The notes beneath the pieces are model-generated. The model was not told the origin of the DNA, made no database searches, and saw only the letters and a list, made by a program, of their open reading frames with translations. The translations under genes were made by a program, and so were the position numbers. Source: Macrostomum lignano (Eukaryota). Taken from it: a DNA stretch of 64,000 nucleotides. The DNA lies in contig NIVC01000237.1 in the NCBI GenBank assembly GCA_002269645.1, positions 62,001 to 126,000 of the forward strand, given 5' to 3'. Below, piece by piece: positions 63,486 through 64,000 of this stretch (position 1 is its first letter; each line of letters starts with the position of its first letter).

Positions 63486-64000
63486 CTAGGCGGGCCAGTG
63501 CGGCAGATGTGCGCGCTCTCGACAGCTGGGGCAGTTTAGCCTCCTCAAATAGCCACTCAGAGAATCTGAGTCAGCTCCTTCCGACACCTCCAGGGCGAGG
63601 CGGCGTCGGCTGCCTGACCTTCGCCCTCGACCACTGCCTCGATGTCGGTCTCGCCGACTTCTCCGCCAGCGGCTTGGCCTTCGTTCATCATTGTTGCAGT
63701 TGTTCAGGCTGGCGCTGTCCGTGGCCTCCGTGGTGGTCATGCGCAGTCGCAGGACGCAGTCGCTGACAAGGCTGTTGGTCTCGTCTCCGTTGTCACCGTC
63801 GGAGCTGTCGCATGACGAAGTCGTCGCTTTCAACGAGAGACTCTCCATCTTGGACGCCGAGACTGACGACAGCTCGGCGGTCTCCGTGTCGGTGGCGTCG
63901 TCTACCAGCGGGTTGCAGTCGGTGCGCACTGGCGTCAGGAGGCGGCGCTGGCGCACGCGATGCACCGTCGGGGCAGCCGTCCGAAGCTGATGCGGCCGCA
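63486..64000 (-). CDS. Partial 3'-terminal coding region of an unidentified Ser/Asp/Arg-rich protein
   Basis: The frame is open from the window edge to TAG at 63486-63488, with G/C-ending codons. It ends ...YLRRLNCPSCRERAHLPHWPA. Confidence 0.6.
   Translation of the reverse strand, partial: RPHQLRTAAPTVHRVRQRRLLTPVRTDCNPLVDDATDTETAELSSVSASKMESLSLKATTSSCDSSDGDNGDETNSLVSDCVLRLRMTTTEATDSASLNNCNNDERRPSRWRRSRRDRHRGSGRGRRSGSRRRLALEVSEGADSDSLSGYLRRLNCPSCRERAHLPHWPA

Overview
Eukaryotic (metazoan) genomic DNA: GC-rich spliced exons set in AT-rich, transposon- and minisatellite-rich introns and intergenic DNA. The style resembles Macrostomum-type flatworm DNA, but the taxon is an inference. Manual GT-AG splice reconstruction gives six protein genes. 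(1) GPATCH11-like G-patch gene (+, 2714-3951). (2) A 3-exon, 578-aa protein (-, 9185-6268) that fuses eight Cys knuckles (about four zinc ribbons) to an intact LRAT/H-NC papain-like domain; this is the most unusual item. (3) An intronless 3074-aa, apparently disordered nuclear protein (+, 25890-35114). (4) An IRAG/LRMP (MRVI1)-family tail-anchored protein (-, at least 49069-40623) containing a coding minisatellite. (5) A 3-exon, 677-aa DEG/ENaC channel (+, 50950-56288), head-to-head with gene 4. (6) The terminal coding part of a gene cut by the window edge (-, 63486-64000). Mobile DNA includes a decayed mariner with perfect TIRs, a deleted Merlin element, a three-level nest of non-autonomous DNA elements, a TA-flanked MITE family, tRNA-derived SINEs (one CORE-type) and a Penelope fragment with a hammerhead ribozyme motif. 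Most remaining ORFs in the track are repeat or antisense artefacts. No rRNA, true tRNA or CRISPR array was found. Family assignments come from recognised motifs, not database searches.
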